Both the position numbers and the translations under genes were made by a program. A DNA stretch of 64,000 nt, from contig OZ320313.1 of assembly GCA_976226885.1 (NCBI GenBank), forward strand, positions 107,322,001 through 107,386,000, read 5' to 3'. This DNA comes from Iphione sp. A-MEVVRFRX5 (Eukaryota). Shown here one piece after another: positions 11,601 to 21,325 of the stretch (the first letter of the stretch is position 1; every line of letters begins with the position of its first letter). Under the pieces are notes generated by a model. That model made no database searches. It was not told where the DNA came from and saw only the letters and a program-made list of their open reading frames with translations.

Positions 11601-14600
11601 CAGAAACAGAGATACAAACAAAAAAAGAAAACAGCTGATATCAAGGAAGCAAGAGATAGCGAGAGGCATAGATGGAGATTGAACTGAGATACCCAAAGAA
11701 AGGCAGGAAGTTCTTAAGAGGAGAGAAAGACATAGGGAGTGCAGAGACAGACAGACATCAAAAGATAAAAAGACAAATATAGACGAAGTAATTATAGTAA
11801 CCAGCCTACCGACATGGAGTTGCCCAATTTTGTTAGGTAGAGCAGGAAAGAGACAAGTTCGCCGCTGGTGATTCTCTGGTTTACCACCAGATGGCCGCCG
11901 TAGAAGACGGTGATGGCCGTCAGCGCCATATGCAACAACTGTGTGATGTAGCACACAGCAGACGTCAGGGACGGTGGGCCACATGTTTTGTTAATAAAAA
12001 ATCGTAATGAAATTCATTGCGTGTATTTTGTTTGAAGAATAAGCAAAACGACTAGAATGGTGGTTACTGTATAGCCAACACAGATTTAGTATTTCTTTGC
12101 AGCAGCATTCACGGCTTTATTTTCAGGTTATTTTTTAGTTAAAATAGGAAACAATGGGCATGAAGGACGTGCAAAAATATGTAATCTATTCTTTATGTAT
12201 ACATGTATTTTATGTATACATGTATAGACTTAAAGTATGGAGAAATAAATTTGATATATGTGATATTGCTGGCAAAAGCAAATACGTTATTTCCCGTATT
12301 AAGGTGTGTCTGTTCACCTGGTCCAGGGCAGTGTAACTGGGTTTGAGCCAAGCCTCGGTCAGTTGTAAGTCATGTAATTCTCTGGTCTTGTCTGTATACC
12401 TTCAATAGTAGTTCAAGAAAATGTATTCAGTGTTCACTGTATATTCTAGAGAATATCCTGAACATACTTGAAACAGGAGATGCCTGTTCTCTAAATTAGG
12501 TAATCTTTTCAAATAATTCAGAAGAGTTTGCACTGTCGCACTCCTCCTCCCATATCAGTTCCACAGAAAGACAGAGGGTTACCAAACAAGGAGCAAATTT
12601 AGACATAGCTCACTGGCATTCAGTCATGAGGTATAATTCTGCACAAATGTATAAAATATGTTTGTTTTATAATGTACACCAATCCGTTAAGTGAGACGCT
12701 TTCATACACCAATAACGTGGATTTGAGGTTTGGCTTGGGCAAAGGCGCTGTCTGTCTCTTCCACGTCGACGATTGCTCTTTGTTAGGTTTGCATCTTTAA
12801 AAATGTATGTATTTATTCTACTTAAAATATACTGATGTCAAATGTGGGATATTTAGGATGTATATTTTAAAATAAGAATGTATATATTGTAGCACTAAAA
12901 ATTAGCAATACGCCATTAATGAGTTTCATTGTTCTGCCAGCATTCGCATGCTAGCAATAACTGGTTCGATCATTGATAAATATATGGATCATATTTTGCT
13001 ACCTCTTGATCTCATCTTTCTCACTTCCGAAGGCCCTAACGGTTCTCATGGCCGAGAGTACCTCCTGCGCCATAGCATTGGCATGGCGACGACACTCCTG
13101 AGACTTCTGCTGGATGTTCTGAGAAGAGGATTTCAAATCCAGTTATAGGAATGTACCTTATTACAAGAAAGTCGTATTTTTGTCTTCAATACCAATGCCC
13201 AAAATATTGTTCTTGATCTGCTACTTCTTCAACATGTTCCTCTGTATCTGTCAATCTATATCTATCTGCATCTTTAGGCCAAAAAAGTAGGTGTGTTTCT
13301 GGTAACAACCAGCCAAAAACATAGGTAGGGAGGTGGGGTATCTGTTTTTTCTTAAAATTTTTTCCACTTTCTTCCTCTGGTTTTCAATAATAGTAAAGAC
13401 AATATAAAGAATTTTGACCAATTTACATTTTTTTTGCTGAATTTCCATGGATTTTGTTATTTTTCTACTGAATTAACCAAAAGCATGTGCCATGAAAACA
13501 TGTAACTAAGGAAATTCAGCCTCAGAAACTCTTTAGGGCAAAAAACATTTCAGGTAGGGTGAGGTTTTACTAGGTAGGGGCGGGTTACCAGAAACACATC
13601 TATTTTATGTTTTGGGCTAAACGCCTTAGCCTGTCCTTTCTTTTACATAGCCTTTTTGTTCACCCTCATCTAAAATTTCTCTCCTTTGTCTCATTCTTAT
13701 TGTTATTTCTACAGTTCTCTCTCTCTTACTCTCTCTGTGCTGTTTCTCTTTCTTTCCTAATCCATCTCTATGTTATTCACTTTGATTTTCCTTCATCATC
13801 ATGGTTACACTACCTATTAAAAACATCTCCTGAAAGTAGTTCGTCCCCAGTGAAGTCTCATGCTCTTTGCGAGATGTGTGTGTTAGTGTGAATATATATA
13901 TATATATACTACATAAAAGGCGTTCTATTCTGCAAACTGGATGGTAAAAATATCTGAAACTTTTTTGCATGGAGGATTTACAAAAGCAAGTGGGAGAAAC
14001 TGCACTACTTTTTCAGTTAGTGTAAGGATACTGCCCTACTTTGCTAACTAGGTCATGGGGGGAAGGAGGATGGCCGAATCAGCTTGTTGTATTATTAATA
14101 AGACATGTTTCCTCTAATATCCATATATCTTAACATTCTAGTGTTTCACCATATAAATCAATAAAATGCAGGCCCATAGCCAGAATGTTTTCTGGGGGGT
14201 GTTGGACGATACCCCCAACACCACACAGGTGGAACTAATTTTTTTTTACCTCTATGAAAGCCTGTTTGCATTAATGTTTTGGGGGGTATCAGACGACACC
14301 CCTGATACCCCCTTGGCTATGGGCTTGAAGATGTACGCGCACCTATATGTACATGCGTACACGTATGTATATGTAAAAATGCACATGAGTGTTTATATAC
14401 ATATAAATATGACAATTAACAATTTATACGCAGATGTTGAATAGACTAAAGCAACTGTATACAGATCAACCTCTTGTGATTGTCATTGTGAACGTCCCTA
14501 TTCATCCCTGATCGTCTGTATCTCTCCATTGCTCTGATTGTTTATTACGTTTTTTCCCGTGAGTCAGGCCTGTGTTTCAATCGAGGCTGAACACATGGGT

Positions 14601-17600
14601 TGGTTAAGTGAGGTAACTTCTACATCTTTGTCATTCTTACCTTTGTGTACTTTCCGTAAAGGTGGGTGGCAATGACCAGGAATGTATTTCCTGCCACTAC
14701 CACTAGGGTGAGTTGCCATGACAACATCGCCATGAAGAACATCATACCAGCTGTTCGGGACATGAAAGCGAATATATAAATACGACGTTTCTCTTTGAAA
14801 AACACGCGAATACAAGTACATTGGATTCTTTAGGATTAATGGGAAACCCTTTTCCAATTCAATAACTAGATTCTCCCACTGAATATGACCCCCAAACGAG
14901 TTCACTGTTGCAAGTATGACTGAGAGTGGTTTTAAAGATTGCTTGCCTTAGGAATGAAAATCCAGCCAATTGATTAAAACTTTATCGATTATCTTGTAAT
15001 ATTGGCTATTGAGACCAGAATAATCTTCTGAAGACTCCCAAAGTGCAAAATAACATTATACGTTTATGTAATCAATTTTTCAAATAGTCCAGCATTTTAC
15101 ATGCTCGGAATTGAATGAGAAGCTAAAAATAGTTTCCAACTGCCTGGCGGTATACCTATTGTTGTTGTGTTGTTTGGTATACATGTTTTTCATTCAACAC
15201 TATTTCAAAATCCACTCTGTCCCTCTAGCACACAATTCGGGTATTCACCGGTCGACTAAGTGATGCAGTATTAAACTAACCAATCCGTAAGCCAGTCTTC
15301 AGAAAGCTGTCCAACCGAGACAACACGCCCCCTAGCGACTCGGCATCGGCGTACAAACACGTCATCAACTCTCCTGGTGAATGTGAGAAGCGTTTTTATC
15401 GTTTCAAGAGAATAATCGATTGAGACCGTATATCCACGTGTGTAACTGTTGTGTTAATATTTTGTAGATCAACAAGCGCCTTCGGCGCTTGCACTCATAA
15501 TTGATAGACACACTCCCTCCCTCCCTCCCTCCCCATCTCTTTCTCTCACCCCTCCCACTATCTCTCTTTCCATCTCCCCTCCCTAGCTCCCCTTCCTCCC
15601 TTCCTCCTCTCTCCTCCCTCCCATCTTCCCCCTCTCTTCCCTCCCCCTGTCTCTCCTTCCTCCCCCTCTCACTCCTTCCCTCCATCTCTACCTCCCTGCA
15701 TCCCTCTCTGTCTCCCTCTCCCTCCCTCCCACCCTCCCTGTCCCTCTCTTTCCCTCCCTCCCTTCCTCCCTCTCTGTCTCCCCCTTCCAATGTATAGGGG
15801 GCCTAAGGACACCCATCCAAAAAAAGGGGGCCTAAGGACACCCATCTCAAAGACAGGGGGCCTAAAGACACATTGAGGGAGGGAGAGNNNNNNNNNNNNN
15901 NNNNNNNNNNNNNNNNNNNNNNNNNNNNNNNNNNNNNNNNNNNNNNNNNNNNNNNNNNNNNNNNNNNNNNNNNNNNNNNNNNNNNNNNNNNNNNNNNNNN
16001 NNNNNNNNNNNNNNNNNNNNNNNNNNNNNNNNNNNNNNGAAAAGAAGTAGAGAGAGGAAAGAAAGGAAGAAGGGAAAGAGGGAGAGGGAGGAAGAGAAGT
16101 ATAGATCTCGAGAGAGAGAGAAGAAGGGAGGGAGGAAGAGAAGTAGAGAGAGAGTGGGAAAGAGGGAGAGGAAGAGATGGAGGAAGAGAGNNNNNNNNNN
16201 NNNNNNNNNNNNNNNNNNNNNNNNNNNNNNNNNNNNNNNNNNNNNNNNNNNNNNNNNNNNNNNNNNNNNNNNNNNNNNNNNNNNNNNNNNNNNNNNNNNN
16301 NNNNNNNNNNNNNNNNNNNNNNNNNNNNNNNNNNNNNNNNNNNNNNNNNNNNNNNNNNNNNNNNNNNNNNNNNNNNNNNNNNNNNNNNNNNNNNNNNNNN
16401 NNNNNNNNNNNNNNNNNNNNNNNNNNNNNNNNNNNNNNNNNNNNNNNNNNNNNNNNNNNNNNNNNNNNNNNNNNNNNNNNNNNNNNNNNNNNNNNNNNNN
16501 NNNNNNNNNNNNNNNNNNNNNNNNNNNNNNNNNNNNNNNNNNNNNNNNNNNNNNNNNNNNNNNNNNNNNNNNNNNNNNNNNNNNNNNNNNNNNNNNNNNN
16601 NNNNNNNNNNNNNNNNNNNNNNNNNNNNNNNNNNNNNNNNNNNNNNNNNNNNNNNNNNNNNNNNNNNNNNNNNNNNNNNNNNNNNNACCGGGTCCTGCGG
16701 TTTTGGGGCTTTCCCATGATGACGTCATCATTGGGGAATTCCAACACAAACCCTAAACCCTTTTGTAAGAAGCACACTCATTGGCTGGCTAGGTTTCACG
16801 CATGCCCAGTGTGTCAAGCACATGGTGACTATTTCCGGCAGCTGTTTTATAAGTATAGTGTAAATAGTTAGTACCCCAGCAGTTGAAAAGATATGAGATA
16901 ACTCTACCTAAATTCCATTAGGGACACTGTTGGAGAGATTGACGTGTAAACTATAAATTAGAGGCTTTCGCAGTTCACCGTTTAAGAATATATGCACAAT
17001 GTACATTTTATCTACAGTATACGTTACGACAGTAGCTTCTTAACAGTTATAGATAAAAAAATGGATACTTTCATCTCCTCCATTAAGATTAGTGGTATAT
17101 CGCTTCTGCATGGCTGATTCTGACACGGTCCAAGATAATGCTATTTAACTTCTTCGAATTTGCGACGAGTTGCCCTTGTGCTGTACAAATTCAATCTTTT
17201 ATCACCTTTTGACTTAATATCCTATACACACACAAACGGTCTAATTGTACATTGCGTTGCTAGCTTCTCTACTAATTTCTAGTTTAAAACTGTACTGCAG
17301 GCCTGTAGCCAATGGGGTATTGGGGGTCTTGTCCGATACCCCCCAAAGCCACTAATAGCCTATTTGCCTCTATAGAGAGGGAAAAAATTAGTTCCACCTC
17401 TGTAGTAGGGGAAGGGTGGGTAATTTGGACCCCCTAAGAAAGACATGCTCTAAAATCAAAATGTTTAAGCTACTGTACAAAAACTTTGCTTTTTTTGAAG
17501 CAATAGGGACTGCAGCATATGTTAACAAACTGGGGGAATTTTAGTTAAATTGGTCTTTGAGTAAAATGCAATTGAAAATTTTTTATGACTGGTACAGTTT

Positions 17601-20600
17601 ATCAAACAGGGAGGGTAAATTGGACCAGGTGCCATAGTCTGAACAGTCAGGTGTAAAATGAATCTAGGTCCTAGAATTGTCAGTCCCATGAACAACAGCA
17701 TGGCTTTGAAAGGTTTTGGTCACTATTAGTTGTAATACCAATGGACTTTGTGACTTCTACCATCAAAATAGGTACAACAGAATGGGACCTGCATTCCTGG
17801 GGTATTAGATTTCCTTTATACCTGTTGCTGTAACTTTATAAACTGTATTTACATGTATATTTAAAATGTTTCACCAAACATTTTAAAAACTAAGAAAATA
17901 CATTTGACAAGATAACCTCTCAGGCCTAAAAAGCTCCTTGCACTAGTGACCAGAGCTTTGTTGATGACCTTCTTGAATATCAGGACAAATTACCACACAT
18001 CTATATCAGTTATCTTGTCATTAAAAGTCCAAAATATATTAAAACAAAAAGTAAATAAATAAAAACCAATAAATGTTTCTCTATTTATTTCTTTAAATGA
18101 TGTCTTTCATTTCAATAAAAAAATACTTACAGTAGAAAAGGGTATATTATGGAGTTCCATAAATTTGCACTACATTTACTGTCTTAGTTAAAAATACATT
18201 GTCTTCATATGATAGCTCCATCTTAAGACCAAATACGGATACCGCAAGGTTTCTCCAAAGCCTGCTTAACAGATAAAAGAAAAGGTAAAAGTTGTGTAGG
18301 TAGATTGGACTGAGTCAGGTAGTTTGACCCATGGTCCAATTTACCCTCCCTATAGTGGTCCAATTTACCCACATACCAATCTCCAGGAAAAATGTTTTCT
18401 GCTCATTTTTGTGTAGATGACAGAGACTAAACTTGATGTTAGCATTACTTCTGAGTGAGACAGTATTGATATAAAGTTATGATAGGGGTCTATGTACTTT
18501 CTGTTTGCAACTACATTGCCAAATATAATTGATAAAATTAGATCAGTGAGACATAAAACCAATAATGTATCTCAGCTTGGCACATGTTTTTTTGAAGCCA
18601 CCATTTTTCAGTTCTGAGACATTGTATAGTTATATCACTTGTTGTTGGATGCTGTTCATATTCCTTCCTTGCCTGAAAATCAGAGATCTTGATGTGGTCC
18701 AAATTACACACTGGTCCAAATTACCCACCTTTCCCCTACTGGGGGTATCTTCCAATACCCCCCAAAATGTTCCTGGTTACGGGCCTGTACTGTATTTGGT
18801 CAGTACTTCCTACATGGATGATGTTGGGTAGCTGTGTGTAAGTGCTAATTCTTTTCATTGAAAAAGAAAAAAAATGTATAATTAACCTGTCTTAGTGCGA
18901 TCAAAGAAGCTCATTTCCTGGTAGACCATCCACCGGAAAAGACGACACCGGATGCGGAAGTGGAGCCGAGAACGCACCACTGACGTCACGCCGGACCACA
19001 GGCATGACGCCACGGTACTATTTTCAAAACGAAAGTTTCACCCGTATACACAAAAAATATCAAATTGAACACATGCGGTATAGCAAAAAGATACTTCTCT
19101 AAACATGTAGGTGAGGGATTCTATGATTTATATGGAAGTATGACGGACACTTTACTCACAGATTCCATTCTCATGAAATATGTGTTACTATTTGTGTTAC
19201 CTCAGAGATCAGCAGGTACTCATTACAAAAGACAGAACCCCATAACAACGAAAACATGTTTTACAAAACTTGGATAACAATACTTTACATCAACTTGTAT
19301 TAAATAAGAAAGATGATCTTCAGCTCTGGGCAGCTCGAATCATACTATCAATAAATATCTGACTATTTAGTGCTTCTTTGAGTCATTAGTTAAAGGAAAC
19401 AATTGGACAAATAAGCTCTTTATGTCAAAATCTTGTCACTGGGAGATATTGCGCATGAGATCATATCTAATAGTAGCGGTTAGAGCTTAAATATAATGTC
19501 AAGGGACAACACCTCCGTATTTAACAGTTTTTTAACAGATTGTGTCCAATAGTCTGTAAGGTGGACAGCGTTTTTTCTTACAATGCCCTACAAAACATCT
19601 ATTTTCGCAAAGTAGCTATTTGGGGGAACACCTTTTAGCTTAGAGGGACAAATTAATTACTGAGAATATCCTGTTTTCTAGATAACATTTTAAAATATCA
19701 CTTGAGGTCACATTAAAGAAAAGGCATTGCGGAAAGCCTCACCCAACTAGGGAGATGCCTGCCATGTGGAGGATATGAATGGTCAGGTCCTCTGAAGGAT
19801 GTTCAGACTTGATTACATCGATCACCTTGGCTTTGTAGTAAGGCAGCATTGAATCCACTAAAATGATGTAAAATACATTGAGACTTCAATCATCTGGATT
19901 GCTGAAGAATCCGAAAGGTTTGAACCAGGTAACCACTGCAAACAATAGTTCATCACATCTCTTTTGGATTTTTCAGGAGAACACGTTTCCTTCGAGAAGT
20001 GCGGTTACTGTGAATTGTGGTAAGATTTGCGTTTGATATAAACACGAGAGATGTTAGGAAACCTCTATGATATTGTTCGATCGGAATATATATCCACGGT
20101 AATGCCAAATACAATGGTATTCTCCAAAGATAATCTGGATACGCAAGTAAGAGTGAAGGAACCCAGAATAATTCAGATAAATGGTCTATAAAATATTGTA
20201 TTTTACATGTACATGGATACTTTTTATGAGGTCCTTTTTAATAACGGGTAACAACAATGCAAAACCTCGGGCGATAGAAATATATGTACCTGAGGCGTGG
20301 CAGACAAGACAGGCGTAGCCAGCCAAGATGAGCTTTAGATGAGGTCGATACCATCGCAGCAGCTTCCAGAGAGTACCACCGTCAATGTCAGCCGGCTCGT
20401 TCAGAAGTCGGCCCCTGCGATCTCTAGTCTCCTGCTCAGGTTTACCCGCAGAACCATATAGAGAGCGAGTCAGCCATGTCCAGCTCAGGTACACAAAGAC
20501 CCCGGTAGCTGCGGCATTCCATGTCACCAGCAGCCAGTAGCAACTTGGGGTCGTGAAATCAGCAGGGTCCTCCGAGTCAAGCAGAAGCCGGGCAATAATA

Positions 20601-21325
20601 TGTGAAAAGAAGATTGGGACAGTAGAGATGTTCAGGAAGCAGCTTAATTGAAGCCCTCTGGGATGAACTGAGTTTTGCGATTTGTGGAACATGTAGTATA
20701 CGTTGGAAGTTAACAGGAGTCTGAAGATACTGCTCCACCAAAGTTGTCGGAATGTGGCTTCTAGTTCTATGTGATAGTCCACGATGAGGGGATACACAAA
20801 ACCTTTGACCGCCAGATCTCTTTGAGAGTCCTCCTCCCTCACTATACTGGAATTAATAAAAACATCCAGCAAGAAAAAGCCCAACGATATAGAGCTTATT
20901 GTGGTGGTCGATTCCTTCCCAGCAATCCCAACAGTGGTGTTTCTAGCGGGATCCATTTGATGGGTTTTGTTTTGGTTTGAACCCTTTTTCACAGTAGATT
21001 TTCTCTTGTTTACATACATTTCCGTATTTCGCTGCTGCCCTTTAACTTTGTATGGTTCGCCTCTTACATCGGCTTTCTGCGGAGTAGTATCTGTCAACTC
21101 ATAGTTACCACCAGAGGGTGTGCGTCTGTGGTCGGTTCTGCAGGTACTGTCAGCCCATCCGGCATTATCATTCTCGTCAGATTGCCTCTGCCTGACGAGG
21201 GCAGGTCCACTCTCAGCTCGTTCTGTCGCTGACACTGGTGTCCTCTGCTCTAGTCGATTTTCAATTGCAGCTCCACCCGTCTTTTTGTTTCTCATTCCCG
21301 CTGCGAGACGCCGTTTCTTGTTCAT
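5573..21325 (-). CDS. ABCB9: ABCB9/TAP-like (TAPL/HAF-type) half ABC transporter, 14 coding exons, about 896 aa once a 1-nt frameshift in exon 2 is corrected
   Basis: Exons: 20290-21325, 19743-19858, 18887-19017, 15281-15373, 14641-14750, 13003-13118, 12318-12399, 11810-11938, 10923-11111, 8612-8785, 7980-8175, 7139-7245, 6542-6645, 5573-5681. All introns are GT-AG, and phases match apart from the exon-2 shift. TMD0+TMD+NBD; Walker [10 protein letters not shown]-loop VSQEP, signature LSGGQ, Walker B/D-loop [12 protein letters not shown]-loop IAHRLS. The symbol marks family-level likeness, not proven orthology. Confidence 0.9.
6542..6645 (-). CDS. ABCB9-like exon 13 (H-loop, [28 protein letters not shown])
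   Basis: Acceptor ttttatag, donor gtaagt. Confidence 0.92.
7139..7245 (-). CDS. ABCB9-like exon 12 ([35 protein letters not shown])
   Basis: Acceptor gcgatag. Donor gtccgt is atypical but is the only phase-0 site that matches exon 13. Confidence 0.9.
7536..7960. mobile_element. MITE with CAGGCCCATAGCCA terminal inverted repeats and an internal 21-bp tandem array
   Basis: Starts caggcccatagcca, ends tggctatgggcctg; flanks CACAG/CATAG. Four full units plus one partial of ttagagaggtggaactcctgg at 7576-7672. Confidence 0.8.
7980..8175 (-). CDS. ABCB9-like exon 11 (Q-loop to signature)
   Basis: [22 protein letters not shown]...GEKGLQLSG; acceptor tttacag, donor gtaagg. Confidence 0.93.
8612..8785 (-). 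CDS. ABCB9-like exon 10 (Walker A)
   Basis: [24 protein letters not shown]; acceptor tatcgcag, donor gtagct; 174 bp. Confidence 0.93.
8941..10368. mobile_element. Probable non-autonomous DNA transposon (TTAGGCC.../GTGTGTTTCTGGT family), long copy
   Basis: Left end ttaggccaaaa...gtgtgtttctggttacc; inverted accagaaacacacctatttt at about 10347-10366. Same family as 13274-13620. Confidence 0.5.
10923..11111 (-). CDS. ABCB9-like exon 9
   Basis: [24 protein letters not shown]...[20 protein letters not shown]; 189 bp; acceptor ttcaacag, donor gtaagc. Confidence 0.92.
11810..11938 (-). CDS. ABCB9-like exon 8
   Basis: [34 protein letters not shown]; 129 bp. Confidence 0.92.
12318..12399 (-). CDS. 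ABCB9-like exon 7
   Basis: [27 protein letters not shown]; phase 2 to 0; 82 bp. Confidence 0.85.
13003..13118 (-). CDS. ABCB9-like exon 6 (EAA-like loop)
   Basis: [36 protein letters not shown]; acceptor cttctcag. Confidence 0.92.
13274..13620. mobile_element. MITE with TTAGGCC...GGGCTAA ends and inverted GTGTTTCTGGTAAC sub-terminal motifs
   Basis: Left ttaggccaaaaaagtaggtgtgtttctggtaac; right gttaccagaaacacatctatttt...gggctaa. Confidence 0.7.
14169..14327. mobile_element. 159-bp MITE, CAGGCCCATAGCCA family (empty copy)
   Basis: caggcccatagcca ... tggctatgggcttg; internal sequence is the reverse complement of the host part of 17298-18787. Confidence 0.85.
14641..14750 (-). CDS. ABCB9-like exon 5
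   Basis: [37 protein letters not shown]; acceptor cccgaacag, donor gtaaga. Confidence 0.9.
15281..15373 (-). CDS. ABCB9-like exon 4
   Basis: [31 protein letters not shown]; acceptor ttcaccag, donor gttagt; phase 1 to 1. Confidence 0.85.
15888..16038. other. Assembly gap (N run)
   Basis: 151 N bases. Confidence 1.
16191..16686. other. Assembly gap (N run)
   Basis: 496 N bases. Confidence 1.
17298..18787. mobile_element. CAGGCC-family MITE interrupted by a nested element
   Basis: Ends caggcctgtagcca / tggttacgggcctg, flanked by TACTG on both sides. Removing the insert and one TA leaves 159 bp, the same length as the 14169 copy. Confidence 0.85.
17408..18736. mobile_element. Non-autonomous TA-target DNA transposon (Tc1/mariner-type inferred) nested in the MITE
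   Basis: TIR ggggaagggtgggtaatttggacc / ggtccaaattacccacctttcccc, with TA on both sides (17406-7, 18737-8). The ggtccaa(a/t)ttacc motif repeats internally near 17610, 18335-18370 and 18697. Confidence 0.8.
18887..19017 (-). CDS. ABCB9-like exon 3
   Basis: [44 protein letters not shown]; 131 bp, phase 2 to 1. Confidence 0.92.
19743..19858 (-). CDS. ABCB9-like exon 2, 116 bp, with a +1 frameshift
   Basis: First half reads [16 protein letters not shown]; second half reads [23 protein letters not shown] in another frame. The junction is atc-a-aag (AAA run, 19809-19811). Confidence 0.88.
20290..21325 (-). CDS. ABCB9-like exon 1 (N-terminal extension, TMD0, start of core TMD)
   Basis: First in-frame ATG at 21325; ends [28 protein letters not shown] with donor gtacat at 20289. 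The true start could be different or spliced from further upstream. Confidence 0.85.

Larger units (their letters stand above)
15465..16765 (-). mobile_element. Helitron/Helentron-like non-autonomous repeat with GA/CT low-complexity core (contains both assembly gaps)
   Basis: Hairpin caagcgcc-ttc-ggcgcttg at 15473-15491 and palindrome at 16705-16742. Both recur in the same order in inverted orientation at 40421-40594. Three ~30-bp ggggcctaaggacaccc units at 15796-15870. Confidence 0.55.

Noticed and set aside
14751-14905. Upstream extension of exon 5 suggested by ORFs 14564-14905 and 14620-14805
   Set aside because: The missing TMD segment is a separate exon at 15281-15373, and a good acceptor sits at 14751-14752.
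16748-16760. aaaccctaaaccc, telomere-like
   Set aside because: Only two units, and it is part of the dispersed repeat end (a similar string lies at about 40408-40420).
15404-16871. Long ORFs of 128-332 aa in the track
   Set aside because: They are products of GA/CT low-complexity sequence and N runs, not coding sequence.
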